The notes beneath the pieces were generated by a model. That model worked only from the letters and a program-made list of their open reading frames with translations, made no database searches and had not been told where the DNA came from. From Anaeromyxobacteraceae bacterium (lineage in GTDB: Bacteria > Myxococcota > Myxococcia > Myxococcales > Anaeromyxobacteraceae), in the NCBI GenBank assembly GCA_047602405.1, contig JASGHJ010000001.1:896001-960000 (forward strand): a stretch of DNA of 64,000 nucleotides, written 5' to 3'. A program made the translations under genes and the position numbers. This document shows positions 1 through 9,530 of the stretch, piece after piece (position 1 is the stretch's first letter; each line of letters begins with the position of its first letter).

Positions 1-356
1 CGCTTCACCGCGAGGCCGACCGAGGCGAGGAGCGGCGGGGCGCTCGTCGCGACGACGACGTCTGGCCGCGGCAGCGTGAGCGCGGTGGCGAAGGCGGAGG
101 CGAAGTAGGTGGCGTAGTCGGCGACCCGGCGGACGAGGGCGCCCTTCCCGAGCACCGTGTTGCGGGTGCGGACGATCCGGACGCCGCCCCAGGCCTCCTC
201 GTGCAGGAGGCGCGTGCCGCCGGGCCCGGTGCCGGACGAGGCGAGCACCGTCACCTCGTGGCCCGCGCGCGCGAGGTCCTCGGCGAGGTCGGCCGCGAGC
301 AGCGCGAGCGCGTCGTCGTACGGCCAGAAGTAGTGGTTGAGGAGGAGGACCTTCAT
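1..356 (-). CDS. GT4 glycosyltransferase (WcaI-like N-terminus), truncated by the window edge
   Basis: Own translation: MKVLLLNHYFWPYDDALALLAADLAEDLARAGHEVTVLAS...PDVVVATSAPP. ATG at 354-356 overlaps the upstream stop (ATGA). Confidence 0.85.
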   Translation of the reverse strand, partial: MKVLLLNHYFWPYDDALALLAADLAEDLARAGHEVTVLASSGTGPGGTRLLHEEAWGGVRIVRTRNTVLGKGALVRRVADYATYFASAFATALTLPRPDVVVATSAPPLLASVGLAVK

Positions 357-925
357 CCGGCCCGCTCGGCGATGACCCGTTCCTTCACCTTCACCGCCGG
401 TACTCCTGCGTAGACGCCCCACGGCTCCGTGTCGCCGGAGAGCACCGAGCCCGCCCCGAGCACGGCGTGCGAGGCGAGCCGGCTGCCCGGGAGGAGCAGG
501 GAGCCCACCGCGGCCCAGGCGCCGTCCTCGATGACGACCTCGCGGACGACGAGATCGAAGGTGGCCTTCGACCAGTCGTGGTTGCCCGTCTCGACCATGC
601 AGCCCTGCGAGAGGCACGCGTGCGCGCCGATGCGAACGTCGGCGAGCGTGTCGAGCCAGACACCCTCGCCGAGCCACGTGTGGTCGCCGACGTGGAGGCG
701 CCAGGGGTACTTCACGTTGAGGCGCGGCTTCAGCACGACCCCGGCGCCTACCTCCGCGCCGAACGCGCGCAGGAGCGCGGCCTTCAGGCCCGACGGCCAG
801 GGGAACCAGGTGAGGAAGAACGCCGCGTTCACGACGAGCCAGAGCAGGCGCACCGGCAGCGAGCGGCCGGGGCGGTACCAGGCGTTGTCGAAGCGGTCCA
901 GGCGGACCGGGCTGCGTTCACTCAC
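353..925 (-). CDS. wcaF: WcaF-family hexapeptide-repeat polysaccharide O-acetyltransferase
   Basis: C-terminal part of ORF 353..2224: LLRAFGAEVG...NVKYPWRLHVGDHTWLGE...TGNHDW...GVPAVKVKER. GTG start 923-925 overlaps the upstream TGA. Confidence 0.85.
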   Translation of the reverse strand: MSERSPVRLDRFDNAWYRPGRSLPVRLLWLVVNAAFFLTWFPWPSGLKAALLRAFGAEVGAGVVLKPRLNVKYPWRLHVGDHTWLGEGVWLDTLADVRIGAHACLSQGCMVETGNHDWSKATFDLVVREVVIEDGAWAAVGSLLLPGSRLASHAVLGAGSVLSGDTEPWGVYAGVPAVKVKERVIAERAG

Positions 926-2097
926 CGCATCACCTCGACCGAGGCTGGCCGAGCGCCGCCTCCGAGGAGCCAAGCATACACGGCGATCAGCGAGGCCGCG
1001 ACCGAGGGCCACGTGTACGCGCGCTCCACGAGGGCGCGCCCTGCGGCACCGAGCGCGGCGCGTTCCGCCGGGGAGCGCGAGAGCAGGGTCTCCAGCGCCG
1101 CCGCGACGGAGGCCGCGTCGGCCTCGCACAGCAGGCCCGCGCCCGGGGCCTCGACGTCGAAGTTGCACGCGCGCGTGATGACCACCGGCAGCCGCCAGGC
1201 CATCGCCTCCAGCACCGCGATCGAGAAGCCCTCGGTGTACGACGGGAGCGCGAAGGCGTCCGCTGCCGCGAAGGCCTCGGCCTTCGCCTCGCCCCAGAGC
1301 GGCCCGACGAAGTGCACGCGGCCCCCGAGGCCGCGCGCCTCCGCGTCCCGGCGGACCTCGGCCTCGTGGCCCAGCTGATCGGGGCCGGCGACGACGAGGC
1401 TCCAGCCTTCGCGGTCGAGGGTCCCCGCCTTCGCCAGGCGCGCCCACGCGTCGACGAGGACGTGCAGGCCCTTCTTCGGGTGGAGGCGCCCGAGGAAGAG
1501 GAGCAGTCGGCCCGGTGACAGCGAAGGGAACCTGCGCCGGAGCGCGTCCCGCGGCGGCGCCCCCGCGATGTCCGGCAGCTCGACGCCGTTCGGAACGATC
1601 GCGACGGGGCTGGTGAGGCCGAACGCCCGGAAGCTCCTCGCCTCCTCGGCGTTGAGCGCGTGCAGGCAGGCGGCACGGCGCAGGTTGTCGTCCTCGACGA
1701 AGGCTCGAAAGACCCGCTTCTTCCAGGCGGAGCGCGCGAGCGCCGGCGCCTCGAGCATGCCGTGCGGGCTCACCACCACGGGCCGCCCGGTGCGCCGGCC
1801 GAAGTCGCATGCGTCCTTCGAGGTCCAGGTGAAGAGGCCGTGGAGGTGGAGGAGCTCGGGCGGTGCCGCGGCGAGCGCGCGGGCGAGCCCCGGGGCGCGG
1901 CCGAGCGCGAGCGGCCCCGCCGCGGGGTGGACGCGCGGCGATGGTATGCCCTCCTGCGGGCGCTCCGCGGGGTCCTCCACGCCGAGCACCTCGACCGATG
2001 CGCCGGCAGCGGCCTGGGCGCGCGCGAGCGCGCCGATCACCGGCGGGATGCCGCCGCCGCGGTTCGAGAGGAGCCAGGTGAGGTGGGTGACCTTCAC
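922..2097 (-). CDS. GT4 glycosyltransferase
   Basis: FLGRLHPKKG and EGFSIAVLEAM (EX7E) motifs. GTG at 2097 overlaps the upstream stop; alternative start 2106. Confidence 0.9.
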   Translation of the reverse strand: MKVTHLTWLLSNRGGGIPPVIGALARAQAAAGASVEVLGVEDPAERPQEGIPSPRVHPAAGPLALGRAPGLARALAAAPPELLHLHGLFTWTSKDACDFGRRTGRPVVVSPHGMLEAPALARSAWKKRVFRAFVEDDNLRRAACLHALNAEEARSFRAFGLTSPVAIVPNGVELPDIAGAPPRDALRRRFPSLSPGRLLLFLGRLHPKKGLHVLVDAWARLAKAGTLDREGWSLVVAGPDQLGHEAEVRRDAEARGLGGRVHFVGPLWGEAKAEAFAAADAFALPSYTEGFSIAVLEAMAWRLPVVITRACNFDVEAPGAGLLCEADAASVAAALETLLSRSPAERAALGAAGRALVERAYTWPSVAASLIAVYAWLLGGGARPASVEVMR

Positions 2098-3281
2098 GGC
2101 AACCACCTCGCGAGGCTGAACGCGCTCGCAGGGCCGCGCTCCCGCGCGAGCGCGACGGTGCGGACGAGGGCTTCCGCGAAGGTCTCGGGTGTGAGCGCGG
2201 CGACGAGCCGGCGAGAGGCCTCACCCATTACGGCGAGCGCGGCATCGGGCAGCGCTGCCATGCGCTGGAGGCGCTCCCCGAGCTCGCCCGGCCGGGACGG
2301 ATCGAATAGGAAGCCGTTCTCGCCGTCCCGCACGAGCTCTGGCGCGCAGCCGGCCCGCTCGGAGACGACGAGCGGGAGGCCAGCGGCCGCGGCCTCGTTC
2401 ACGACGAGCCCCCACTGCTCGTGCGTGCTCGGGAGGACGAACGCCGAGGCGAGGCCGAACCAGGCCGGGAGCTCGGGGTACTGGACGAAGCCGGGCAGGC
2501 GCACCGCATCGGCGAGGTGGTGCCGGTCGATAGCGGCCTCCAACGCCGCGCGCTCCTCACCGTCGCCGAGGAGCACGAGCCCCCAGGGCGCCTGGGCTGC
2601 CGCGCGGTAGCCGGCGTAGGCATCGACCAGCGCCGGGAGGTTCTTCTTCGCGATGAAGCGGGCGGAGGCGAGGAAGTAGCGCGCGGGGAGCCCGAGCCGC
2701 GCGCGCAGGGCGGGAGCGTCTGCGCGGGCCGCCGCCGCGCCGCTCGCGAAGTGCGCGTTGTCGACGACGTCGTACCCGGTGACGATCCGGTCGGCCGGCA
2801 TGCCGAGCCTCGCGAGGTACTCCGCGTGGCGGCGGCCCGCGACGAGCGCCGCCGCGCAGGCGCCGACGACGCCGCGCTTGAGCGCCTCTCGCCAGGCGAC
2901 GCGGGGTGCGTCGCGCTCGTGGCTGTCGGAGAAGATCGCGGCGGGCCTGCCGTTCGCGGCGGCCCAGGCGATGGCGGCACGGGACTCGGGAAAGCCCCAG
3001 CCGTTCGCGACGACGACGGCCGGACGGAGCTCGGCGAGCGCGGCGCGGGTGGCCCGGCGGAGCTCGGCCGGACGGAGCGCGAGGTAGTCGGCGCCAGGAA
3101 AGAGCGGGTGGGTGCGAAACGAGGCCGCCTCGCCGCCGGACCAGGCGTACCGCGTGGAGCCGGCGGCGATCTCGAGCACCGTGAGGTCGAGCGCGTCGGT
3201 CCGGCGGGCCACCGCGGCGAAGCGTGCGGCGTGGTAGGGCCCGAGCCGCTCGACGAGGACGGCGACCCGGGGCGGGCTCAT
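2094..3281 (-). CDS. GT4 glycosyltransferase
   Basis: Starts MSPPRVAVLVERLGPYH; ARFIAKKNL; EQWGLVVNEA. Confidence 0.9.
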   Translation of the reverse strand: MSPPRVAVLVERLGPYHAARFAAVARRTDALDLTVLEIAAGSTRYAWSGGEAASFRTHPLFPGADYLALRPAELRRATRAALAELRPAVVVANGWGFPESRAAIAWAAANGRPAAIFSDSHERDAPRVAWREALKRGVVGACAAALVAGRRHAEYLARLGMPADRIVTGYDVVDNAHFASGAAAARADAPALRARLGLPARYFLASARFIAKKNLPALVDAYAGYRAAAQAPWGLVLLGDGEERAALEAAIDRHHLADAVRLPGFVQYPELPAWFGLASAFVLPSTHEQWGLVVNEAAAAGLPLVVSERAGCAPELVRDGENGFLFDPSRPGELGERLQRMAALPDAALAVMGEASRRLVAALTPETFAEALVRTVALARERGPASAFSLARWLP

Positions 3282-4606
3282 GCAGGGGACCGGGCTCCGC
3301 CTTCGGGCTCGGCGTTCTCGAACCGGCCGAGCCCGGCGTACCACCAGACCCACCCGACCGGCGCGAGCATGAAGAGCACGCGGAACAGGAACGCCTCGAG
3401 CGACTGCATGATGAGGTAGATGGAGAGCGCTAGCGCGACGCCGTAGACGACGATCCAGATCCCGCCCTTCGTGACCGAGTTGCGCCAGCTCCGGCCGTAG
3501 AAGTATCCGAGCCCGAACATCACGGCGACCATGCCCCACGAGAACTCGATGAACATGTCAGCGACGATGCCGGTGGCCGCGCCGAACGCGCCCACCCAGC
3601 CCATGATGTGAGTCATCGCGTCGATGTCGACGCCCATGTTGACCTCGACGTCGGCGCCGAAGGTCTTCTTCGCGAACTCGTACTTCTCGGGCCAGATGGA
3701 GCGCGGGATGGGGCGGATGAAGAGGACGGTCGCGTAGCGGCCGCCCCAGTAGTACTGCCCCGTCTCGGATGCCGTGTAGACGGAGCCCGCGCCGTAGATG
3801 AATTCGTTGCCTGACCCGGCGCTCAAGACCTCGGTGGGATCACCCTCGAGTCGGAACTCGGATCCGATGTAGATATTCTGCCGGTTGGCGACGAGCAGGA
3901 GCAACAGGACGCCGACCGCCGCTCCACCTCCGAGGACCTGCAGGAGCAGTGGACGACGGCCGCGAATGAGGTAGACACCCGCGAGGATGGTGACGAGCAC
4001 GACGAAGGTGGGCCCTCGCCGCGCACCCAGCAGCCCCTGAATTGCAAGCGGTGCTCCAAAGAGCGCAACCCACGTCCAACTCTGGATGCTCCCGACGACG
4101 CGCCCGGAGGCGAGCAGGAGCAAGATGGCGGGCGAGGTCATCAGGTACAGCTCGCGCACGTAACCGGAGTCAGACCAACCTCCGCCGTAGGCGACGCCGT
4201 AGGCCCGCGAGAACCCGCCCATCGCGAGGATTCCAGCGCCGTAGCCCCAGACTCCAGCAAGGCCAACGATGATCGCGGCGTTATAGACGCGAGGCCCTTC
4301 CGGCAGGAGCCGGACGAAACCCTCACGAAAAGTGCCGCCGTACGCACCGATCGCGACGCCAAGCACGAGTGCAGCGATGCCGACAAGGTTCACGAGCTGA
4401 CCGAAGACGAGCTGTCGCTCCGTGAGGTATCCGAAGAACCCGTCCTCGGCCGCGATTTTCAGCGGCATGAGAACGTACAGGAACAGCGCCATCGCACCCA
4501 GGACGAGCGCCGGGTGGAGGGAGTCCCGCTGGCCACGCACGCCCGTCCAGATGGAGAGGCCGATGATGAGGGCGATCGCGATCGTGTAGCTGTAGAAGAT
4601 CGTCAT
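3278..4606 (-). CDS. Multi-pass membrane protein, probable Wzy repeat-unit polymerase
   Basis: Starts MTIFYSYTIAIAL; many hydrophobic segments; GARRGP, FIRPIPRSIWPEK and GIVADMFIEFSWG motifs typical of polymerases; translationally coupled within the GT operon. Confidence 0.7.
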   Translation of the reverse strand: MTIFYSYTIAIALIIGLSIWTGVRGQRDSLHPALVLGAMALFLYVLMPLKIAAEDGFFGYLTERQLVFGQLVNLVGIAALVLGVAIGAYGGTFREGFVRLLPEGPRVYNAAIIVGLAGVWGYGAGILAMGGFSRAYGVAYGGGWSDSGYVRELYLMTSPAILLLLASGRVVGSIQSWTWVALFGAPLAIQGLLGARRGPTFVVLVTILAGVYLIRGRRPLLLQVLGGGAAVGVLLLLLVANRQNIYIGSEFRLEGDPTEVLSAGSGNEFIYGAGSVYTASETGQYYWGGRYATVLFIRPIPRSIWPEKYEFAKKTFGADVEVNMGVDIDAMTHIMGWVGAFGAATGIVADMFIEFSWGMVAVMFGLGYFYGRSWRNSVTKGGIWIVVYGVALALSIYLIMQSLEAFLFRVLFMLAPVGWVWWYAGLGRFENAEPEGGARSPA

Positions 4607-5715
4607 GCGCGCGGCCAGAGCGCCTGAAGCCGGGTGACGGCTTGGTCCCAGGTCAGCTCGCCCGAGCGGGCTCGAACGGCGGCGAGCAACCCGTCGTAAC
4701 GCATCGGCTCCCAAAGGTCGAGCAGCCCAATCGCCACCGCTCCGGGGGTGGCCTGGGCTGGCGCGAGCAGGCCCACGCCCGCATCGATGCAGTCGGGGAT
4801 GCCGCCCAAGTCGACGCCCGCCACCGGCACGCCGAGCCGAAGGAACTCGAGCGTCGAGATCCCCAGCGCCTCCGCGAAGGAAAAGAGACAGCCGAAGTGC
4901 GCGCGCCGCGCTGCCGTGGCGAAGCGCGCAAGGTCTCGGGTCTTGTCGAAGTAACCGAGTGGCTCCAGCAGCCGGTGGGCCGGCACGTCGGCAGGTGATG
5001 GACCGAGCGCGAGCACGCGCACCCGCTGCCCCCGCGCCTCGATCGCCTCGGCCACCTCGAGCAGGAACGGCAGTCCCTTCCTGCGCCAGTCCTTGCCCAC
5101 GAACCCGAGCCGGAGCTCGGAGCGGTCGACCGGCCCGTGCGGCGGGAGGCTCGCCACGGCGACCTCGTCGAGGTTCGCGCCCGCGCGGACTACGTGGACC
5201 TTCGCGGCGGCGATCCCGTAGGCCTCGACCACCGAACGCGCCGCCCAGCGCGACATGCAGACCACCCGCTCGGCGCGCTCGTACGCGGCGCGCTCGCGCG
5301 CCAGCGCGTCGGCCCGCACCCGCGACGAGACAATAGCCGCAAGCCCGTACTCCTCGAAGTTCTGGCGGAGGGTGGCGTCGATGTAGCAGCTCATGCGCTC
5401 GACGCGCGCGGACTCGGGCGGGAGCAGGGCAAAGTGGGTCAGGATCTCGGCGCCCTCCGCCTCGCCGGCGCGCTGGGCCCAGAGCGCGTCCAGAAAACCG
5501 GCTGTGTACTGGAAGCCGCCACGCTCGCCGGTCGTGAGGAGCTGGCCGAGGTTCCAGAGCGCTCTCCGGCCGCGAAGCCGCTCCGGAGCGAGCGCGAGCC
5601 CGCCCTGGAGGAAGCCGCGCGGCCGCGCCGCCTCGAGGAGATGGCGCGGGATCCCGCTCCACGTCGCCTCGCGCGTGGCGTCGCCGACCACGGCGAGCAG
5701 ACGCGGCGGGCTCAC
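4603..5715 (-). CDS. GT4 glycosyltransferase
   Basis: FVGKDWRRKG; EALGISTLEF. Confidence 0.88.
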   Translation of the reverse strand: MSPPRLLAVVGDATREATWSGIPRHLLEAARPRGFLQGGLALAPERLRGRRALWNLGQLLTTGERGGFQYTAGFLDALWAQRAGEAEGAEILTHFALLPPESARVERMSCYIDATLRQNFEEYGLAAIVSSRVRADALARERAAYERAERVVCMSRWAARSVVEAYGIAAAKVHVVRAGANLDEVAVASLPPHGPVDRSELRLGFVGKDWRRKGLPFLLEVAEAIEARGQRVRVLALGPSPADVPAHRLLEPLGYFDKTRDLARFATAARRAHFGCLFSFAEALGISTLEFLRLGVPVAGVDLGGIPDCIDAGVGLLAPAQATPGAVAIGLLDLWEPMRYDGLLAAVRARSGELTWDQAVTRLQALWPRA

Positions 5716-6866
5716 GACCAGTCGGCCTCCAGGGCGTCGAGCCAGTGGCCCGCGCAGGCCACGGCGGAGAACTCGGGCGCCCCGCGCGCCGCCTTCGCGG
5801 CCCAGCGGTCGTAGTTCTCGACGTTGGTGATGAGCTCCAGGATCGCGTCGGCCATCGGCCTAGGGTCGCGCGGCGGGACGAGCCTGCCGTAGCCCGCCTC
5901 GAGCACCTCCCGGCAAGCGGGGACGTCGGAGGCGATCACGGGGATGCCCGCCGCCAGCCCCTCGACCACCGCGATCCCGAAGCCCTCGTCCCGAGTGGTC
6001 GAGAAGACGTAGACGTCCATCTGACCGAGGAGCTCGGGCACGTCGGCGCGCTTTCCCCAGAACCTGGCGACCTGGGCGATCCCGAGCTCCCCCGCGAGGG
6101 CCTCGAGGTGCTCCTTCGTCTCTCCTTCACCGACGATCCAGAGCCGCGCGTCCGGCCGAACCTCGTGGACGAGCGCCATCGCGCGGACGAGCGTCTCCTG
6201 GTCCTTGATGATGCTGAGGCGCGCCACCATGCCGATGACCGGCGGACTGTCCTGGCGCTGCGCCCGGGAGCGTTTCACGCGCTCGGTGACGGCCGCCACG
6301 TCGATGCCGTTCAGCACGGGCACCGACCCGCGCGGGAGCACGCCGGACAGCCCGATGAACTCGTCGTGAACGTACTTCGAGCAGGAGATGATCGGGGTGC
6401 GCAGGATGCGCGAGGCGCGGACGATCCAGCGCCAGAGGCGGCGGCGCTCCTCCGATTCGGGCGGCGGGTTCCCGGCGTGCACGAGAACGGTGGGGATACC
6501 GGTCAGCCGCGCCGCGATCGCCACGAGGACGTGCAGCCCGAACGGGTAGACGACGATCGCCCGGGGGCGAAGCTCGCGGAGAAGACGGGCGACCTCCCGT
6601 ACGAAGCGGACGCGCGCGTCGCGGTGGTAGACGATCTGGAACAGCCGCGCGTTCGGCAGTCCCTGGAAGCGCTCCCGCATCCCGCCGTCCGGCCCGATGT
6701 TGAGCAGGAGCCGCTCCTCGAACGGCAGGTTGGTCATGAGCTGGTAACAGAGCGTCTCGTTCCCGCCGAACGGCAGGCCGTTGAGCACGTGGAGGACCCG
6801 GTCACCGGGGCGCGCGCTTCCTTTCCGCGAAGGCGGCGCCGCCTGGGCTATCGTGTCGGCGGACAT
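5712..6866 (-). CDS. GT4 glycosyltransferase (start uncertain)
   Basis: RVLHVLNGLPFGGNE; GMVARLSIIKDQ; EGFGIAVVEG. Confidence 0.88.
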   Translation of the reverse strand: MSADTIAQAAPPSRKGSARPGDRVLHVLNGLPFGGNETLCYQLMTNLPFEERLLLNIGPDGGMRERFQGLPNARLFQIVYHRDARVRFVREVARLLRELRPRAIVVYPFGLHVLVAIAARLTGIPTVLVHAGNPPPESEERRRLWRWIVRASRILRTPIISCSKYVHDEFIGLSGVLPRGSVPVLNGIDVAAVTERVKRSRAQRQDSPPVIGMVARLSIIKDQETLVRAMALVHEVRPDARLWIVGEGETKEHLEALAGELGIAQVARFWGKRADVPELLGQMDVYVFSTTRDEGFGIAVVEGLAAGIPVIASDVPACREVLEAGYGRLVPPRDPRPMADAILELITNVENYDRWAAKAARGAPEFSAVACAGHWLDALEADWS

Positions 6867-8139
6867 GCAGCGAGGAGTGAACCCCATCGGCGGCGCGGAC
6901 GCCAGCGCACGGCGCTTCGCCGTGCTCCAGCCCGGCGCGCGGCTCCACTACGCGGTCCCCGCCGTGCTCGCTCGCGCGGGCCGGCTGGCGCGCCTGTACA
7001 CCGACGCCCACGCCCGTTCGGCCCTTCCGTTCCGGCTGCTCGAGCTCGCGCCGCGCGGGAGCCTGCCCGGGCCGCTCGCCCGGCTGGCCGGCCGCCGGCT
7101 CCCGCCGGAGCTCGAGCCGCTCACGATCTCCCTGCCCTGGGCGACGCTCGCCGAGTTGCTCGCGCGCAAGCTCCGGACCGGCGGCGGGCTCGTGTCGGTC
7201 CCCGGCACCGAGGCCAGGCTCCGGCGGACCGCGCTCGCCCGGAACTTCGACGGCGCCGGCGGGCTGTACGTGCTCTCGAACGGCGACCTCGACCTCGTCC
7301 GCGAGGCGAAGCGGCGAGGGCTCTTCGTCGCCTACGAGCAGATCATCAACCCGCACGTCGGGCGCATCCTCCGCGAGGAGCGCGCGCGCCACCCCGACCT
7401 CGAGCCGCAAGACACCGAGGCGGAGGTCGAGGAGGGCCTGCGGCGTGACGAGGAGGTCTGGCGGCTCGCCGACGTGGTACTCGGCGCCTCCGGGCACGTG
7501 CGCGGCGAGATCCTCGAGCACGGCGTCTCCGCCGAAAAGGTGCGCGTCGTCCCGTACGGCATCGGCGCGGGCTGGCTGGAGCTCGCGCCTCGTCCCGTCC
7601 CCGGGCGCGTGCTCTTCGTGGGCTCGGTCGGGCTCCGCAAGGGCGTGCACGTCCTCGCCGCGGCCTCCCGCGAGCTCCGCCGCCGCGGCGTGCAGCACGA
7701 GCTCCGGGTCGTGGGGCCCATCGAGCTCGCCGCCGCGCGCGCCGCCTGGTCGAAGCGGCTCGCGAGCCCGGAATTCGAGAGCGTCACGTACCTCGGTCAG
7801 GTGCCGCGCGCGGAGGTCCGCGCCGAGTTCGCGCAGGCGGACATCTTCGTGCTCCCAACCCTCTCCGACAGCTTCGCGCTCGTGCACCTCGAGGCGATGG
7901 CTTGCGGCGTGCCGGTCGTGACGACGCCGAGCTGCGGCTCGACGGTCCGCGACGGCTTGGACGGCTTCATCGTGGGCACTCGCGACGCCATCGGGCTTGC
8001 CGACCGGATCGAAGCGCTGATCTCGGACCGTGCGCTGAGGGAGCGCTGCTCCAGGAATGCGCGGGCGCGCGCTTCGGAGTTCACCTGGGACTCGTACGCG
8101 CAGCGGCTCCTCGGCGCCGTTTCGCAGGACGCCTTCTGA
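6865..8139 (+). CDS. GT4 glycosyltransferase
   Basis: LQPGARLHYAVP; FVGSVGLRKG; DSFALVHLEAM. TATCGT lies 10 nt before ATG 6865. Confidence 0.88.
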   Translation: MQRGVNPIGGADASARRFAVLQPGARLHYAVPAVLARAGRLARLYTDAHARSALPFRLLELAPRGSLPGPLARLAGRRLPPELEPLTISLPWATLAELLARKLRTGGGLVSVPGTEARLRRTALARNFDGAGGLYVLSNGDLDLVREAKRRGLFVAYEQIINPHVGRILREERARHPDLEPQDTEAEVEEGLRRDEEVWRLADVVLGASGHVRGEILEHGVSAEKVRVVPYGIGAGWLELAPRPVPGRVLFVGSVGLRKGVHVLAAASRELRRRGVQHELRVVGPIELAAARAAWSKRLASPEFESVTYLGQVPRAEVRAEFAQADIFVLPTLSDSFALVHLEAMACGVPVVTTPSCGSTVRDGLDGFIVGTRDAIGLADRIEALISDRALRERCSRNARARASEFTWDSYAQRLLGAVSQDAF

Positions 8140-8165
8140 GCTATGCCCGGCTCCGCGCCGTTCGA

Positions 8166-9305
8166 TCACCGGGCCGCGGACGAGAGCCCCAGCCGACGCG
8201 CGTAGCCCTCGGCCATCGCCTCGACCGAGAACAGCTCGGCGGCCCTCCGCGCGCCGGCGTCGACCCGCTCCGGCGCCGCGCCCTTCTTAGCGAGCGCCAC
8301 CAGCGCAGCGGCCATCGCTGGGGCGTCGCGGTATGGCACAACCGAAGCCGGCGCGTGCACGCCGAGCACCTCGCGGCAACCGCCAACGTCGGTCGCGACG
8401 ACCGGCACGCGCGCGGCGAGCGCCTCAACGAGCGAAATCCCGAGCCCCTCGTCCGGCTTCACCGAGAAGGCAAAGGCGTCGAGCTGGCCGAGCAGCTCGG
8501 GCACGTCGCGCCTGCTCCCGAGGAAGCGCACGCGCGCTCCCAGCCCAAGCGCGCTCGCCTTCGCCTCGAGCTCACCTCGGCGGCTCCCGTCGCCGATGAG
8601 CCAGAGTTCGATGTCAACCTCCCGGGAAGCCGCTGCGGCAGCATCGACCAGTGTGTCGTGGTCCTTCGAGTGCTCGAGCCGCGCCACCATGCCCACGCGG
8701 AAGGGCCCGCCCGCCGGGCGTGCCTTCCTCGCCGCAGCGGCGCGGACAGCAATACCAGCGATGTCCACGCCGTTGTAGACGACCGACGTAGGACCGTGCA
8801 CGCCGGCGAAGTGCTCGCGCACGCCGTCCTCGACGTAGCGTGAGCAGCACACAAGCTCGGTCGTGAACGGGCGGCCGAGCATCACCTCGACCCTAAACTT
8901 CCAGAAGGACCGTCCCTGCCAGTGAGGCGGGTAGCTGCCCACGTGCGCCACCCGTACCGGCACCCCTGCCGCGCGGGCGCCCATCGCCATGAACGCGTGC
9001 CAGCCGAAAGGCATCGAGAGGAAAGCGTGGGGCCTCGCCTCGCGGCAGATCCGGGCCGTCTCACGGACGAGCGCGGGGTAGCGACCGAGGCGCGCCCCGG
9101 GGATCTTCGCCCGGTACACCGCCACGCCGAGGTCGCGCAGTTCGGCCGCGAGTTCGTCCGGCTCGTCGTACAGCGTCATCACAGCGGGGTGGAGGCCCCG
9201 CGCGCGCCACGCGCCGAAGAGCGCGAGCGTCATGACGGGCGTCCCCTCCGCGACGAGGGAAGTCAATGCGACGAGGACGTCGACCCGGGCCGACCCATGG
9301 CTCAC
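8166..9305 (-). CDS. GT4 glycosyltransferase (paralogue of 5712..6866)
   Basis: GMVARLEHSKDH; RDVPELLGQ; EGLGISLVEA. Confidence 0.88.
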   Translation of the reverse strand: MSHGSARVDVLVALTSLVAEGTPVMTLALFGAWRARGLHPAVMTLYDEPDELAAELRDLGVAVYRAKIPGARLGRYPALVRETARICREARPHAFLSMPFGWHAFMAMGARAAGVPVRVAHVGSYPPHWQGRSFWKFRVEVMLGRPFTTELVCCSRYVEDGVREHFAGVHGPTSVVYNGVDIAGIAVRAAAARKARPAGGPFRVGMVARLEHSKDHDTLVDAAAAASREVDIELWLIGDGSRRGELEAKASALGLGARVRFLGSRRDVPELLGQLDAFAFSVKPDEGLGISLVEALAARVPVVATDVGGCREVLGVHAPASVVPYRDAPAMAAALVALAKKGAAPERVDAGARRAAELFSVEAMAEGYARRLGLSSAAR

Positions 9306-9448
9306 AAGCCGACCATCCGCTTCAGTAACGGCATCGCATCGAGGACGTGCGTCGCAGCGTTCACGGACCCGTCCCAGCCCCCCGCGTCCAGCGAATGCCG
9401 GGCATTCAGCTTCCGCTCCGTCATCCCGGTCAGGTCTTCCGCGATCAA
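9302..9448 (-). CDS. Putative 48-aa small ORF or gene relic coupled to the downstream GT4
   Basis: TAGGCT (9469-9474), GGAGG (9454-9458) and a TTG start at 9448; its stop overlaps the GTG of 8166..9305. Confidence 0.35.
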   Translation of the reverse strand: MIAEDLTGMTERKLNARHSLDAGGWDGSVNAATHVLDAMPLLKRMVGL

Positions 9449-9530
9449 GCTCGCCTCCGCTCTAGGGCAGCCTACAGCCTGACCGGCCGCTCGCGAAGCG
9501 GCGCCTCGCGTCGTATGCTGCGAACGTCTC

